Source of the DNA: Octopus sinensis
Lineage: Eukaryota
Assembly: GCF_006345805.1 (NCBI RefSeq)
Contig: NW_021833605.1
Location: forward strand, 1 to 57,546
Direction of reading: 5' to 3'
DNA length: 57,546 nt
Both the position numbers and the translations under genes were made by a program. Positions 25,741 to 37,319 of the stretch are shown piece after piece (position 1 is the stretch's first letter; every line of letters begins with the position of its first letter). The notes beneath the pieces are model-generated. The model was given only the letters and a program-made list of their open reading frames with translations. It made no database searches and was not told the origin of the DNA.

Positions 25741-27391
25741 ATAGAAAGCACACACACACATACATACACACACACACACAAACATACACTCAAACACGCG
25801 CGCACGCATTTACACGTATACACACAAGCGCACCACATGATCGCACACAAATCGTATTTACACATACACACATTACCATATTCATATACACATACACCGT
25901 CAAATTGACATGTGCGCATGCACAACAGATACACACACACGCACTCACATACACGGTTGTTCATTCATACATGTACACTGACTCATAGGCATATACATTG
26001 TTATCCACACACACACACGCGCACACATAAACACAATGTTCACACACGCACATGCATACATGCTAACCGGCAGCATACGCCATGATACCACACACACACA
26101 CACGATACCGCCTTGCTCAATCACAAATACACACAAATACATTCATTCACATTTATAGTGACCCACCGACTCACCCACATTCATAGATCATAAATACACA
26201 CACACACATACAACGATACGGTCTTACACGTGCACTGACACAGACATGAAAAAAAAAACATGCACATACATATATTCATACGCGCACATACATGCATACA
26301 TGCAGATACACGCAGTTGACATAAATACATGTACACATACACACACACGGACATATTCAGACACCCACGAGCATACGGCTTAGCTTACACATATTCACAC
26401 ACAGACACTAGGCATAAATACATGTGTATATGTACGTATGTCTGTGTGTGTCCATATATATATATACACATACATACATATGTATACACACATATATCTA
26501 TAAAAACACACATAGTTGACATAAATACGCACCCATATATACTCGTGAACTTAGGCACATGCACGCGTTTCCTAGCATACGGTTCAGCTTAAACATATAT
26601 ATTAATCCATATATATACGCACATACATATACACAGGCGCACATACATGCGTACAGAACAGGTATACACACGCAAACATATACACACACGCACGCACACA
26701 CACACACACATACAGAGACGACGGCTGGCATACGGCTTAGCATACACAAACATGCACGCAAGACCTCTTCACACACATATTGATTTACCAACATACACAC
26801 ACACACACTGACACAGAAATACAAGCACGCACGCACATACACACACTGATTCAGTGACACATCGACATGCACTCATTATTACATCAATACAAACACACAC
26901 ACACACACTGAGAATCCAGCTGTATAAGACACACAGTAACACACATTCACACATACATCAGCGTAATACACACACACACACACACACGCGAAGGAGCTAG
27001 CTACACAACATAGTCATAAAACACAGCAGATCCGCATACACATACATAAAAAAAATATACACTACACACTGACAGATGAACGAAGAAGCCGCGCACACAC
27101 ACACACACAGAAGCACGCAGATACATTTACATTGTAGGACTATACACATACACATATTTATAACACTGTGATATGCTCCCACATACATATACGCGCGTAC
27201 ACACGCACACTCATGCACACGTAGCAAACACACCACAACAGTGAGAAAGAGAGAGAGAGAGGAAGTGAATGATAGATAGATATGTAGAGAGGGCGTAATA
27301 AAGAGAGAGTGATAGCTAGATAGGGAGAGAGAGATAGAGTGAGCGATAGCTAGAAAGCGTGATAGATAGATAGAAGACATCTGTCTATCTG

Positions 27392-27443
<52 letters not shown>

Positions 27444-28584
27444 AATATATATATATTCTTATATATATAGTGAGAGAGGGAGAGAGAGAGAGAGAAAGCT
27501 AGAGAGAGAGTGTGAAAGATAGAAAGTGTGAGAGACCGTGTGAAAGATAAAGAGAGCAACCACAGCAGCAGCAGCGGCAATACATACACAGACACATGCA
27601 CACACATACGCACGCAGTCATACGCACCCACATACACACACAATCACTCATACATCCGCTCATGTATACACAGTGTCTTTCTCTCTAGCACACAAGTACA
27701 CACACACACACACTCACACTCTTTCTCTCTCTCCCATACACGTACACACATACGCGCACGCATACATACGCGCGTACAAACAGTCTCTCTCACACGCACA
27801 TATACACGTACACTTACGCGCGCCTGCATATACACACACTCACACATATACACACATAAACACGCACACACGTTCTGTCTTTCCCATACACGCACAACCG
27901 GTTACACACACACACACATATATATATACATACATACATAATCTTTCTCCCATACACAACGTATGCACGCACACACATACTCACCCATATTAACTCTCTC
28001 TCCTCTCTCTCACTCTCACATGCACTCACATACACACAAACACACACTCACACAAGCAGGCACAGGCGCGCGCACACATACACGCACGTAAAAGCACACA
28101 CCCATATTAACTCTCTTTCTCTCACTCTTGCACGCACGCACACACACACACAAAGGCATCCACTCACATACACATAAAAAGAAGCGAGCACACGCACCCA
28201 TATTAGCTCTCTCTCTCACTCTGTCTGTCTTTCTCCCTTTTACTCTCTGTCTTCCTCTCTTTCTCCCTATTACTCTCTGTTTTTCTCTCCCTCTTTCTGT
28301 CTTTCTCCCTCTTCCACTTTCTGTCTTTCTCCCTCTCTTTCTCTTTACTCTCTCTGTTCTTTCCCTCTCTTTCTCCGTCTTCCTCTTTCTGTGTTTCTCC
28401 CTCTTCCACTTTCTGTCTTTCTATCTCTCTTTCTCCTTACTCTCTCTGTTTTTCTCCCTCTCTTTCTCTTACACGCACGCACACACGCACACACACATAT
28501 ATATATACAGAGACACTCAGCTACTCACACGCACACCAGCAGGCAGAGTCGCGCGCACGCACGCACACATCCACACCCATATTA

Positions 28585-28722
28585 ATTCGACTACGACGAC
28601 GAGGGCGATAGCGGCAGCGGCGACGGCAGTGGTGGCGGTGGCGGTGGCGGCGGCGGCGACCGAGGCTGGCACACGGCACACACAGAGTGTAGAAAAATAA
28701 ACAAACACAGAGTGTGTGAAAA
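28585..28722 (+). promoter_or_regulatory. Putative GC/CpG-rich 5' leader with (GGC/GGT)n repeat before the start codon
   Basis: No ATG in 28585-28722; CpG-dense; in-frame TGA at 28717-28719 just upstream of ATG 28723. TSS not determinable from sequence. Confidence 0.6.
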
Positions 28723-28938
28723 ATGGCGTCGGATGTGGTTGAACAGTACTTCGACGGTGTTTTCGTTGACCAAAAGACATCGCTGGACGAAGTGGACGCA
28801 TCGAAAGTGATTGAAATTATCAGGGATTCAGAGATCCCGTTGAAATACTTCCACAAGGAGATATTTTCTGGACACGCTTCCTTGTCGTGTGGAGATCGTT
28901 TCGAAAGGACTTCTGAACAGTCGCTCAAGTATCGTCTG
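28723..28938 (+). CDS. First coding exon (72 codons, phase-0 end) of an unidentified protein-coding gene
   Basis: AAAATGG start context; complex non-repetitive peptide MASDVVEQYFDGVFVDQKTSLDEVDASKVIEIIRDSEIPLKYFHKEIFSGHASLSCGDRFERTSEQSLKYRL; ends at CTG|GTAAGT, where sequence collapses into low complexity. Confidence 0.85.
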
Positions 28939-28944
28939 GTAAGT

Positions 28945-30800
28945 CGCCGTAGTCGTTGTCGTCGTTATGTTGTTCCTTATTCAAACAACCCTTCACCCCC
29001 AACCCATCCCCCGCCTAATTCCCACCCTTATCTACCCCTTTCATTCAATCATCATCATCATTGTCGTCGTTATCATCGTAATTATTGCTATCAATTATCA
29101 TCGTCATCGTCGGCGCTGGCGGCATCATCATCACCATCATTACTATCACCATCATTACTATCATCATCACCACCACCACCACCATCATCATCATTCTCAT
29201 CATCATCGTTGTCGTCGTCGTCGTCGTCGTTTTTCTCGTCCTCGTGGTCGTCATGGTTGGGTGTTATGATAATCGTCGAAATCCCTCATGATTATCGTCG
29301 TCATTATTGTTATTATTGTCATCTTAATCATTGTTATTATCATTATCATTAACCTCGTCATTGTCGTCGTCGTCGTCGTCGTTGTTGTCGGCATTGTCAT
29401 CGTTACCACGATCATCGTCTATCATATCAACGTCCTCACCACCAACATCACCACCACCACCATCATCATAATCATCATCCTCATCATCGTCATTCTCGTC
29501 CTGGTGGTGGTGGTGGTGGTAGCGGTGGCGATGAAGATCGCCGTCGTGGTCTTCGTGGTTGTTATAAACATCATTATCGTCGTCACCTTCCTTTTCATCT
29601 GCATCACCATCACCGTCAACACCACCACCACCACCACCAACATCGTCGTCATCATCATCATCGCCGTAAACGTCTTCGAGGTCATCATCGTTTATTATCA
29701 TCAAAGTTGTCGCCGGCATTACCGTAGGTGTCCATCACATCGTCACTACCACCACCACCACCACCACCGCCACTACCACCTATCATCGTTATCATCGTCA
29801 CAATCACTTCGTCCTCATCTTTTACTATCATCATCTACGAACATCATCATCACCACCATCATCATCGCTACTATCATCATCATCATCATCATCTCGACCT
29901 CCAACATCATCGTTGTTCCCGCTCACACCACCATCACCATCATTTCATCAATTGACGTAAACATAACTAGCACCATCACCACCGCCACCGCCACCATCTC
30001 CAACACCACAAGTAACAAACAAAATACTATCACCGCCCCAACCACCACCACCACCACCACCACTACCATTTCCTCCACCGACCATACCATAACAACCCCT
30101 CTTCTCAGTCAATACAGGAACCTCTGGTCCCATCACCACCACCATCATAGTTATCACCATTGCTGTCACAATCATCTACCACCATCACCACCACCACCAC
30201 CACTACAACTGCTGTTGCTACTACTACTACTACTACTACTACGGCGGCGGCATTTTGTGTTCCTTTTTTCTATAAAAATATTTTCTGGGTGTAACTCAAA
30301 GAATTTTTTTATTGTTATTGTCGTTATTACCACCACCACCACCACCACCTGTATAATAGTAATGATAATAATGATGATGATGATGATGGTGGAGCTCATC
30401 ATCATCATCATCATCATCGTCATATTGCCTTAGTAGTGGTGGCGGTGGCAGTGACGAAGTTTGTGATGCTGCTCGATGAAGTTGGCGGCGGCGCCGGTGG
30501 CGGTGTTTGCAGTGATGGCGGTGATTAGCAGTCAGTTGATGAGTACTTAGCAACCAGTAAACATTTCGACAACAACAACACTTCTGATGCTTGCTGTTGT
30601 TCTTGTTGTTGTTGCTGTTGCTGCTTTCGTTTGTACGCTTTCCTGTTTATTCTGTGCACGCTTTCTTTCTGTCTTCCTGAACACCGCCGCCGCCGCCACC
30701 ACCTTTATCACTGCTTCCAGTGACACCATCATCATCGCCACCACCACAACCATCATCATCACCACAATACTCGTTCAATAATTATTGGCACCTTTAGCAT
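28945..30800. repeat. ~1.9-kb trinucleotide mosaic (TCG/TCA/CAC/ATT) at the start of intron 1
   Basis: Directly visible; source of the 381-aa poly-I/V/T ORF. Confidence 0.95.
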
Positions 30801-30821
30801 CGTTGTCGTTATTATTATTGT

Positions 30822-31236
30822 CACAAGGTTGGCTTTTGCCTTTCGTCCATTCAGGGGTCGATCAAATAAGTACCAGTTGTGTTCTGGGGTTGATGTAATC
30901 AATTTAACCACTCCCTTGAAATGACTAGCCTTGTGCCAAACTTTGAAAACATTTTTTTATTATTATCACAAGGGTCAACTTTGCATTTCATCCTTTCATG
31001 GTCAATAAAAAACATTACCAATTGATTACTGGGGTCGATGCAATCAATTAGCACTCCTTCTCTCAAACTTTCAGGCCTTGTGTCATTTTCGGAAAGGATT
31101 ATTATTACCATCCTGAGGTTGACTTTGCCTTCTGTCCCTTCAGGGGTGATAAAAATAAAGTTACCAGGCAAATACTAGGATTAAACATTATTCACTTGCT
31201 CTGTCCCCCAAATTTGCTTTGGGTCAAAATTTGAAA

Positions 31237-31288
<52 letters not shown>

Positions 31289-31990
31289 GTTATTATTATT
31301 ATACCTCTGCATGCTATGCATATGTCCCCTCTTTCCCAGTGTATACTTTTTTTTTCATTTCATTATTATATGTATATCCCCACACTTTATGTCTGTCTCT
31401 GTATTGTCCCCCTCATCTTTCACCCTTGTGGCAAATAAATTAAATTATTATTATTATTATTATTAAGGTAGCAAGCTGACAGAATTCTTAGCACGCTGGT
31501 CTAACAATTTCATCTGCCACTATGTTCTGAGTTCAAATTCCGCGGAGGTCGACTTTGCCTTTCATTCTTTCGGGGTCGATGAAATAAGTACCATTTATGC
31601 ACTGGGGTTGATATAATCAACTAGCCCCCTTCTCCCCCAAATTTTCAAGGCCTTGTGCCTAAAGTAGACATAATCATTATTACGCTCTCTCTGATGCCCT
31701 GCAACTAATAAAAGAAATTATAATTATCAGCATTTCTCCCGGCTTTACATTCTGGGTTCAAATGCCACATAGAGTGATAGATAGCTTCTCATCCTCTTTG
31801 CAGTCGATAAAATAAGGTACCAGCAAAGTACTAGAAATTGCTGGCCCAGTGTTAAAATTTTAAACTGATATTATCTTGATTGTTTATACCTTGAGTTCAT
31901 ATATCATGGAGGCCTCAACTCTGCTTTTCATTTGGCCCCCAAGGGTTGGGATCAATGAAGTAAGTACCTGTCAAATATTTGGTTTGGATA
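30822..31990 (+). mobile_element. Cluster of SINE family F2 copies and fragments separated by (ATT)n
   Basis: Shared gagttcaaattcc (B box) and ggtcgactttgcctttcat..ggggtcgat..aaataagtacc; most complete copy at 31465-31680. Confidence 0.8.
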
Positions 31991-32331
31991 GAAACAAATA
32001 TTTCCTCCCTTCAAAACAATCTACAGTCTTATATTGCTTTTAGTCACTGGACAGAGGCTCTTTCAGGACACGGCCTTTAAGGGATATGACCTTTAGTCAA
32101 TCATCTATTGAGTGGCTTTTGGAGTAAAGGGATGTTACATGACACCTGTTTATAGCACTGTGTGTATGGGTCCCAGTTGGTTTCAATGCAGAATATTCCG
32201 TACAAATACTCTCTGTCAGTCACCATATTTTCTCTGCACATCAACACGTCTTGCTGGGCACTGACACCCTTAAGTTTTAATACTTGACAGCCCATCTTTC
32301 CAACAATAACTTTGGCTCCATGTGTCATTAA

Positions 32332-32542
32332 CCCTTTAGTGTTCACATTATTCTGCCAAAATTGATCCTTTTTTATCCACATTGCCTTGAACTAATCAGG
32401 CATTATCTTGGAGCTATGAGATTTTGATGAGGTAGCTGTTAATTTTTAAAACGATATTGTAGGGTTGGTGTGAGAGACCAGATCTGGTCAGTTTGAACAT
32501 AAAACAGGTGGAATACTTTTGGCCGGTTTAAATGCTAAAGGG
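32332..32542. mobile_element. piggyBac-type MITE (211 bp)
   Basis: TTAA target duplication on both sides, CCCTTTAG..CTAAAGGG termini; second copy at 44019-44239. Confidence 0.9.
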
Positions 32543-33212
32543 TTAAAGACTGGTGAAATATTCTATTTTCGAAAGACTTTCAACCTGGAAACTACGAATT
32601 ACTTCCAGAAATCTCTAGTCTGTCAGTGCTACAAGGGAAAGAGATTGCCATTTCAAGATAAACTCGACTGGCATGGTAAAACCATTAGATGGACCTACCA
32701 AGATGTATGCTGGGTCATGGAACTGTTCTGCATGCGCTCACTCATTCAGTATTTGGCTGTCGCTAATTTGTGGGGTTATGTTGAACAGCTGTTGTTATGT
32801 GTAGGACAGATCCAGCTATCAACCCAGTCCATCATGAGGATCACCTCATCACCTACCTTTGACTGGGAATGGCAGGTAGTTTTCCTCTGTGTCCATGGTG
32901 TCCATGTCAAAATGACATTGCATGGTGAAAATTAAAAGGGACCAAAAGGTATTGCTTTTTCTCTTTGGCCTTGACTTCATCAAGTTCCACTTAGTGAAGG
33001 AGGTGGACATGGACAAATAAATTCTACCCTTCAGTGGATTTACTGTAAAGTTGTTGAGAGTGGTAAGAATGACCTAGGCGAACGGGTTAACTCTCAGTGC
33101 ACACCTGTAGGCCCGGGAACACAGATGGGAGAGGGCACTCTCTCTTGATTGTCAGGATAATTGTAGGGTTCCGTGAGTGACCCTAGACTGCTGCCATTTT
33201 GTTGGAATGTCT

Positions 33213-33627
33213 TATTTACTCTTTACTCTTTTACTTGTTTCAGTCATTTGACTGCGGCCATGCTGGATCACCGCCTTTAATCGAGCAACTCGACCCCCGG
33301 GACTTCTTCTTTTGTAAGCCCAGTACTTATTCTATCGGTCTCTTTTGCCGAACCGCTAAGTAACGGGGCATAAACACACCAGCATCGGTTGTCAAGCAAT
33401 GCTAGGGGGACAAACACAAACACACAAACACACACATGCATATATATATATATACATATATACGATGGGCTTCTTTCAGTTTCCATCTACTAAATCCACT
33501 CACAAGGCTTACTCGGCCCGAGGCTATATAGTAGAAGACATTTGCCCAAGGTGCCATGCAGTGGGACTGAACCCGGAACCATGTGGTTCGTAAGCAAGCT
33601 ACTTACCACACAGCCACTCCTGCGCCT
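33213..33627 (-). mobile_element. SINE F1, near full length, young-looking (CpGs retained)
   Basis: Colinear with other F1 copies. Confidence 0.88.
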
Positions 33628-33763
33628 ATTTGATAGCTTTTTGTGCATTTGTTTCCCATGCTTGCCTTTTGTTCGTCTTTTCACAATGAATTCTATGTAA
33701 AACCCCAGCACTTTTGCTCTTGGTATGTTCTTTCATCTTTCAATATTGTGGTAGACAAAGTCC

Positions 33764-33978
33764 GTGAGCAAGCAGAATCGTTAGGATGCTGAGCAAAATG
33801 TTTAGTGGTGTTTCACCTGGCTTTGTGTTCTGAGTTCAAATCCCACCGAGGTCAACTTTGCCTTTCATCCTTTCAGGGCTGATAAAATAAGTACCACTTG
33901 AGCACTGGGGTTGATGTAATTGCTTTACACCCTCCTCCAAAATTGCTGGCGTTGTGCCAAAATTTGAAACCAATATTG
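33764..33978 (+). mobile_element. SINE F2
   Basis: gcagaatcgttag..gagttcaaatccc..gtcaactttgcctttcatcc. Confidence 0.8.
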
Positions 33979-34584
33979 TAATAAATGAAAAAAATAAGTT
34001 TTATTTGACTTCTTCAAGTCTAATTTGTAAAGGAAAGGGAGAATGGAGAGAAAAGGGGTTTTGCTCCAGAGAACTTGTGAAAAGGTGGGTGACTGAGAAA
34101 AATGGTCCAGGTGAATGGAACTACTCTAAGCATGCACTTGTTGATTGGAGAGCAACAATTAGGTGAGGGCTTGTGCCGTTGGTGGCCAGGGTGATCCTGG
34201 ATCTGTGGGGTTTCTTGGTTGGCCCTATCTGGAGGCTTCTGCATCATCCTTAGACCTGTAAGATCTTGTCAGACTGTCCAACCCATGCTAGTATGGAACT
34301 TGGATGTTAAATGTTGATAGTGATGATGATGATGATGGTGATGAGGATGGTCATGAAGTTCTCAAAGAAATCGAAGTTAAATATATCCTTTAATTATTTT
34401 TAGGTATCTTACAGATTGTGAGCCCCCTAATCTCTAACGTGTTTAGCTTAGGGCCTTAATCCAGCTTTGAGGTGCATATGGTAACAATTAAAATCTGATA
34501 TACCTGCAGTTAAAATTTGATATACCTTGTGGTTAATTCGTGGTTCTTCAATAGCAGCTCACTGAATCTATTGTTTATCTTGAT

Positions 34585-35077
34585 CCCTCAGAGTTAAACC
34601 TACAAAATCTGCTGCATATTGTAGGTCTGCACTGACCCCTCAGAGTTAACCTACAAAATCTCCTACATGCTGTAGGCTTACTTTGGTTCCTCAGATTTAA
34701 CCCACAAAATCTGCTACATATTGTAGGTCTACACTGGCCCCTCAGAGTTAACCTACAAAATCCCCTACATGCTGTAGGCTTACTTTGGTCCCTCAGAGTT
34801 AAACCCACAAAATCTGCTACATATTGTAGGTCTACACTGGCCCCTCAGAGAACCTACAAAATCCCCTACATGCTGTAGGCTTACTTTGGTCCCTCAGAGT
34901 TAACCCACAAAATCTGCTACATATTGTAGGTCTACACTGGCCCCTCAGAGTTAACCTACAAAATCCCCTACATGTTGCTGGCTTCCCTTGGTCCCTCAGA
35001 GTTAACCCACAAAATCAGTTACATGTTGTAGGTTTACCTTGGTCCCCCAGAGTTAACCCATAAAATCTGCTACATGT
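34585..35077. repeat. Minisatellite of ~10 x 51-bp units alternating two variants (102-bp higher-order repeat)
   Basis: A=ccctcagagttaacccacaaaatctgctacatattgtaggtctacactggc; B=ccctcagagttaacctacaaaatcccctacatgctgtaggcttactttggt. Confidence 0.95.
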
Positions 35078-35544
35078 GGTTTTTGTACCTTAGTCCATTG
35101 TTCAGAAAACACACTATGATGGAAATATCCCATTTTTCAATTTCATATTTTATCATAGTGGTGGTGGTGGTGGTGGCTGTGATGATGATGGTAGCAGTAG
35201 TGGTAGTGATAGTTCTTTCTTATTTGACAACGAGGATTCAATTGTTCAGTTCAATCAACTGGATTACCTGCTTTTGAATCAATGTGTAAGTGATCGAGTA
35301 TTCCACAGGCATGAGTACCTCTTGACATAATTCTCTGACAGTAACAGCATGACACAGGAGGTAACAATGCTGGGCCTTTGGAGTTAGAGGTACAACCTCT
35401 CTTTTATGATAATCTAAGTGGCTGAGTACTCCACAGACACAATTACTGTTAATGTAAACCTCAGACAGAAGCAGCATGATGCAGTGTATAACAATGCTGG
35501 CCCTTGTAGATTACTGGTACATTCATGAGGTGTCATGTAACAGT

Positions 35545-35822
35545 ATCCATGTGGTGCCACATAAAAATGTCCATGTGGTACCACATAAAAGTGCTTGTGC
35601 AGTGCCATGTAGAAGTGCGTGTGTGGCGCCATGTAGAAGCACCTGTGCAGTGCCTTGGAGAAAGCATCCAACACACTCCTGTAAAGTGGTTGGCGTTAGG
35701 AAGGGCATCCAGCTGTAGAAACCATGCCAGATCAGATTGGAGTCTGGTGAAGCCCTTCAACTTGCCAGCCTTGGTCAAACTGTCCAGCCCATGCCAGTAT
35801 GGACAACGGATGTTAAATAATG
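35545..35822 (+). mobile_element. F3 RTE-type tail preceded by ~5 degenerate 24-bp units
   Basis: catgtggtgccacataaaaatgtc-like units, then gttggcgttaggaagggcatccagctgtagaaac. Confidence 0.75.
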
Positions 35823-36364
35823 TCTACCCAATTTCACTTACAAGATGTGGGTCGACCCAAGACTATAGAAAATGATAACAGAGATGTTAAAAATCAGAAT
35901 CAAACAGTGAGTATACTTGAACCTTTTTCAAGTGATGAAGGGCCTTGCACGGGAGCCAGTCCTACTCCCTATACAACACAAGCATTTGCCCAAAAGGAAA
36001 AACTAATTTACGTAACTGGGGGCAAACAAAGTGGTGGGTGTTAAGAGTAAGTTTTTAATTCTAGAGAGATGTCTAAACAAAGATAAAGGATCTCTCAGTC
36101 GACCTGAGAGAAATAGCAGCTAAATCTTTCTAGAATCCACCACCTATCATTTTTATGAAAAATAAGAGATGTATTCTTTTTTAAATAAAAAGCATGAATT
36201 TTATAAAAGATACGCTGGAGTGCTTTTGTTCGTAGGCCTGCTTTGTCAAAGACGACCTAGGGCTAAACATCAACAATTTTATAGAAGGACACATTGATAA
36301 TGTAATCGAAGATATACTATTATTCACATTTGACGGATATTTGTTCTCATCTTGTTTGTTGTTA

Positions 36365-36408
36365 ACACAACATTTCGGCTGATATACCCTCCAGCCTTCA
36401 TCAGGTGT
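36365..36408 (-). ncRNA. Minimal type I hammerhead-ribozyme-like motif (Penelope pLTR type)
   Basis: Minus strand: ACAC-CTGATGA-A-GGCTG-gagggtatat-CAGCC-GAAA-TGTT-GTGT; intact CUGAUGA and GAAA, 5-bp stem II, 4-5-bp stem I, GUU triplet. Activity untested. Confidence 0.65.
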
Positions 36409-36456
36409 CTTGGGGAAATTTCAAACCTGGGTTCTCATTCCTAAGGTATTTTTTGA

Positions 36457-36503
<47 letters not shown>

Positions 36504-36574
36504 TCACTGCTTGAAATTGAACTCGGAATCTTGGGGTTAGTAGCCCGTAATCTTAACCACTATGCCATATACCC
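36457..36574 (-). mobile_element. tRNA-derived Pol III head (A box 36557-36567, B box 36513-36524) followed by (AAT)n
   Basis: Minus strand gggtataTGGCATAGTGGttaag..GAGTTCAATTTC; no clean acceptor stem, so SINE head rather than tRNA gene. Confidence 0.75.
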
Positions 36575-36944
36575 ATCAAATGTAAATAATGCACATAATT
36601 CCTCATCTCTTAAATATAGAACTGCAACATATACCATACCTAAAACTAAAAGAGGAGATGGTCACTATTGGAATACTTCTGATCATAGGCCTGATGGATT
36701 AAGGCTCGCCTGAGGCTAAACAAAGACAAAGGGTCTCTCACTCCAAGATGATTCTACTGGGTTTGTCTGTCTTTTGACAGTTTTTGCTGTTTTTGTCCTG
36801 TAGGGTGTCCAGCGAAACCCGTCCTCTTTACCAAACAGGATCAGTAAGGATGCTGGTTTAAATGCCAACAGGTCTGACCATGCAACAGGTCATGGCTGGG
36901 TTACATGTTACTAGTGGCATTAAGAGTGATGTGACATAAATACA

Positions 36945-36994
<50 letters not shown>

Positions 36995-37319
36995 TATGTC
37001 ATCCCACTTGAAAATTAGAGTTTGGTTGCTGCACTTCAAAATTTCGTGTGTATGTGTGTGTGTGTGTGTGTGAGTGTGTGTGTGTTTCACACCACTTCAA
37101 AAACATGATAATGAAACCATTAGAAAAATTATCATCATTGTCATCATCATCATCATCATTATCATCATCATCATCGTCATCATCATCCTTGTCATCATCA
37201 TCATCATCATCCTCATCATTATCATTTTGCTGTTGTTGATGTCCGCTTCCTCTTCTTATGATGAGGGGTACACATGTTTTTGTAAAACAAAAATGCCTTG
37301 TGATATTTCTTCCAACTCT

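Noticed and set aside
28723-28938. Family assignments by motif resemblance (mucolipin LKYF..FGLSN, Neuralized RFGF, DEG/ENaC SLKR..W)
   Set aside because: Spacing and key residues do not fit; no gene symbol given.
34585-35077. CRISPR-like array (also the 21-bp array at 41500)
   Set aside because: No unique spacers, no cas genes, animal context; these are tandem repeats.
36500-36574. Functional tRNA gene (likewise other SINE heads)
   Set aside because: A/B boxes present but no proper acceptor stem, a degenerate B box, and repeat body or tail follows.
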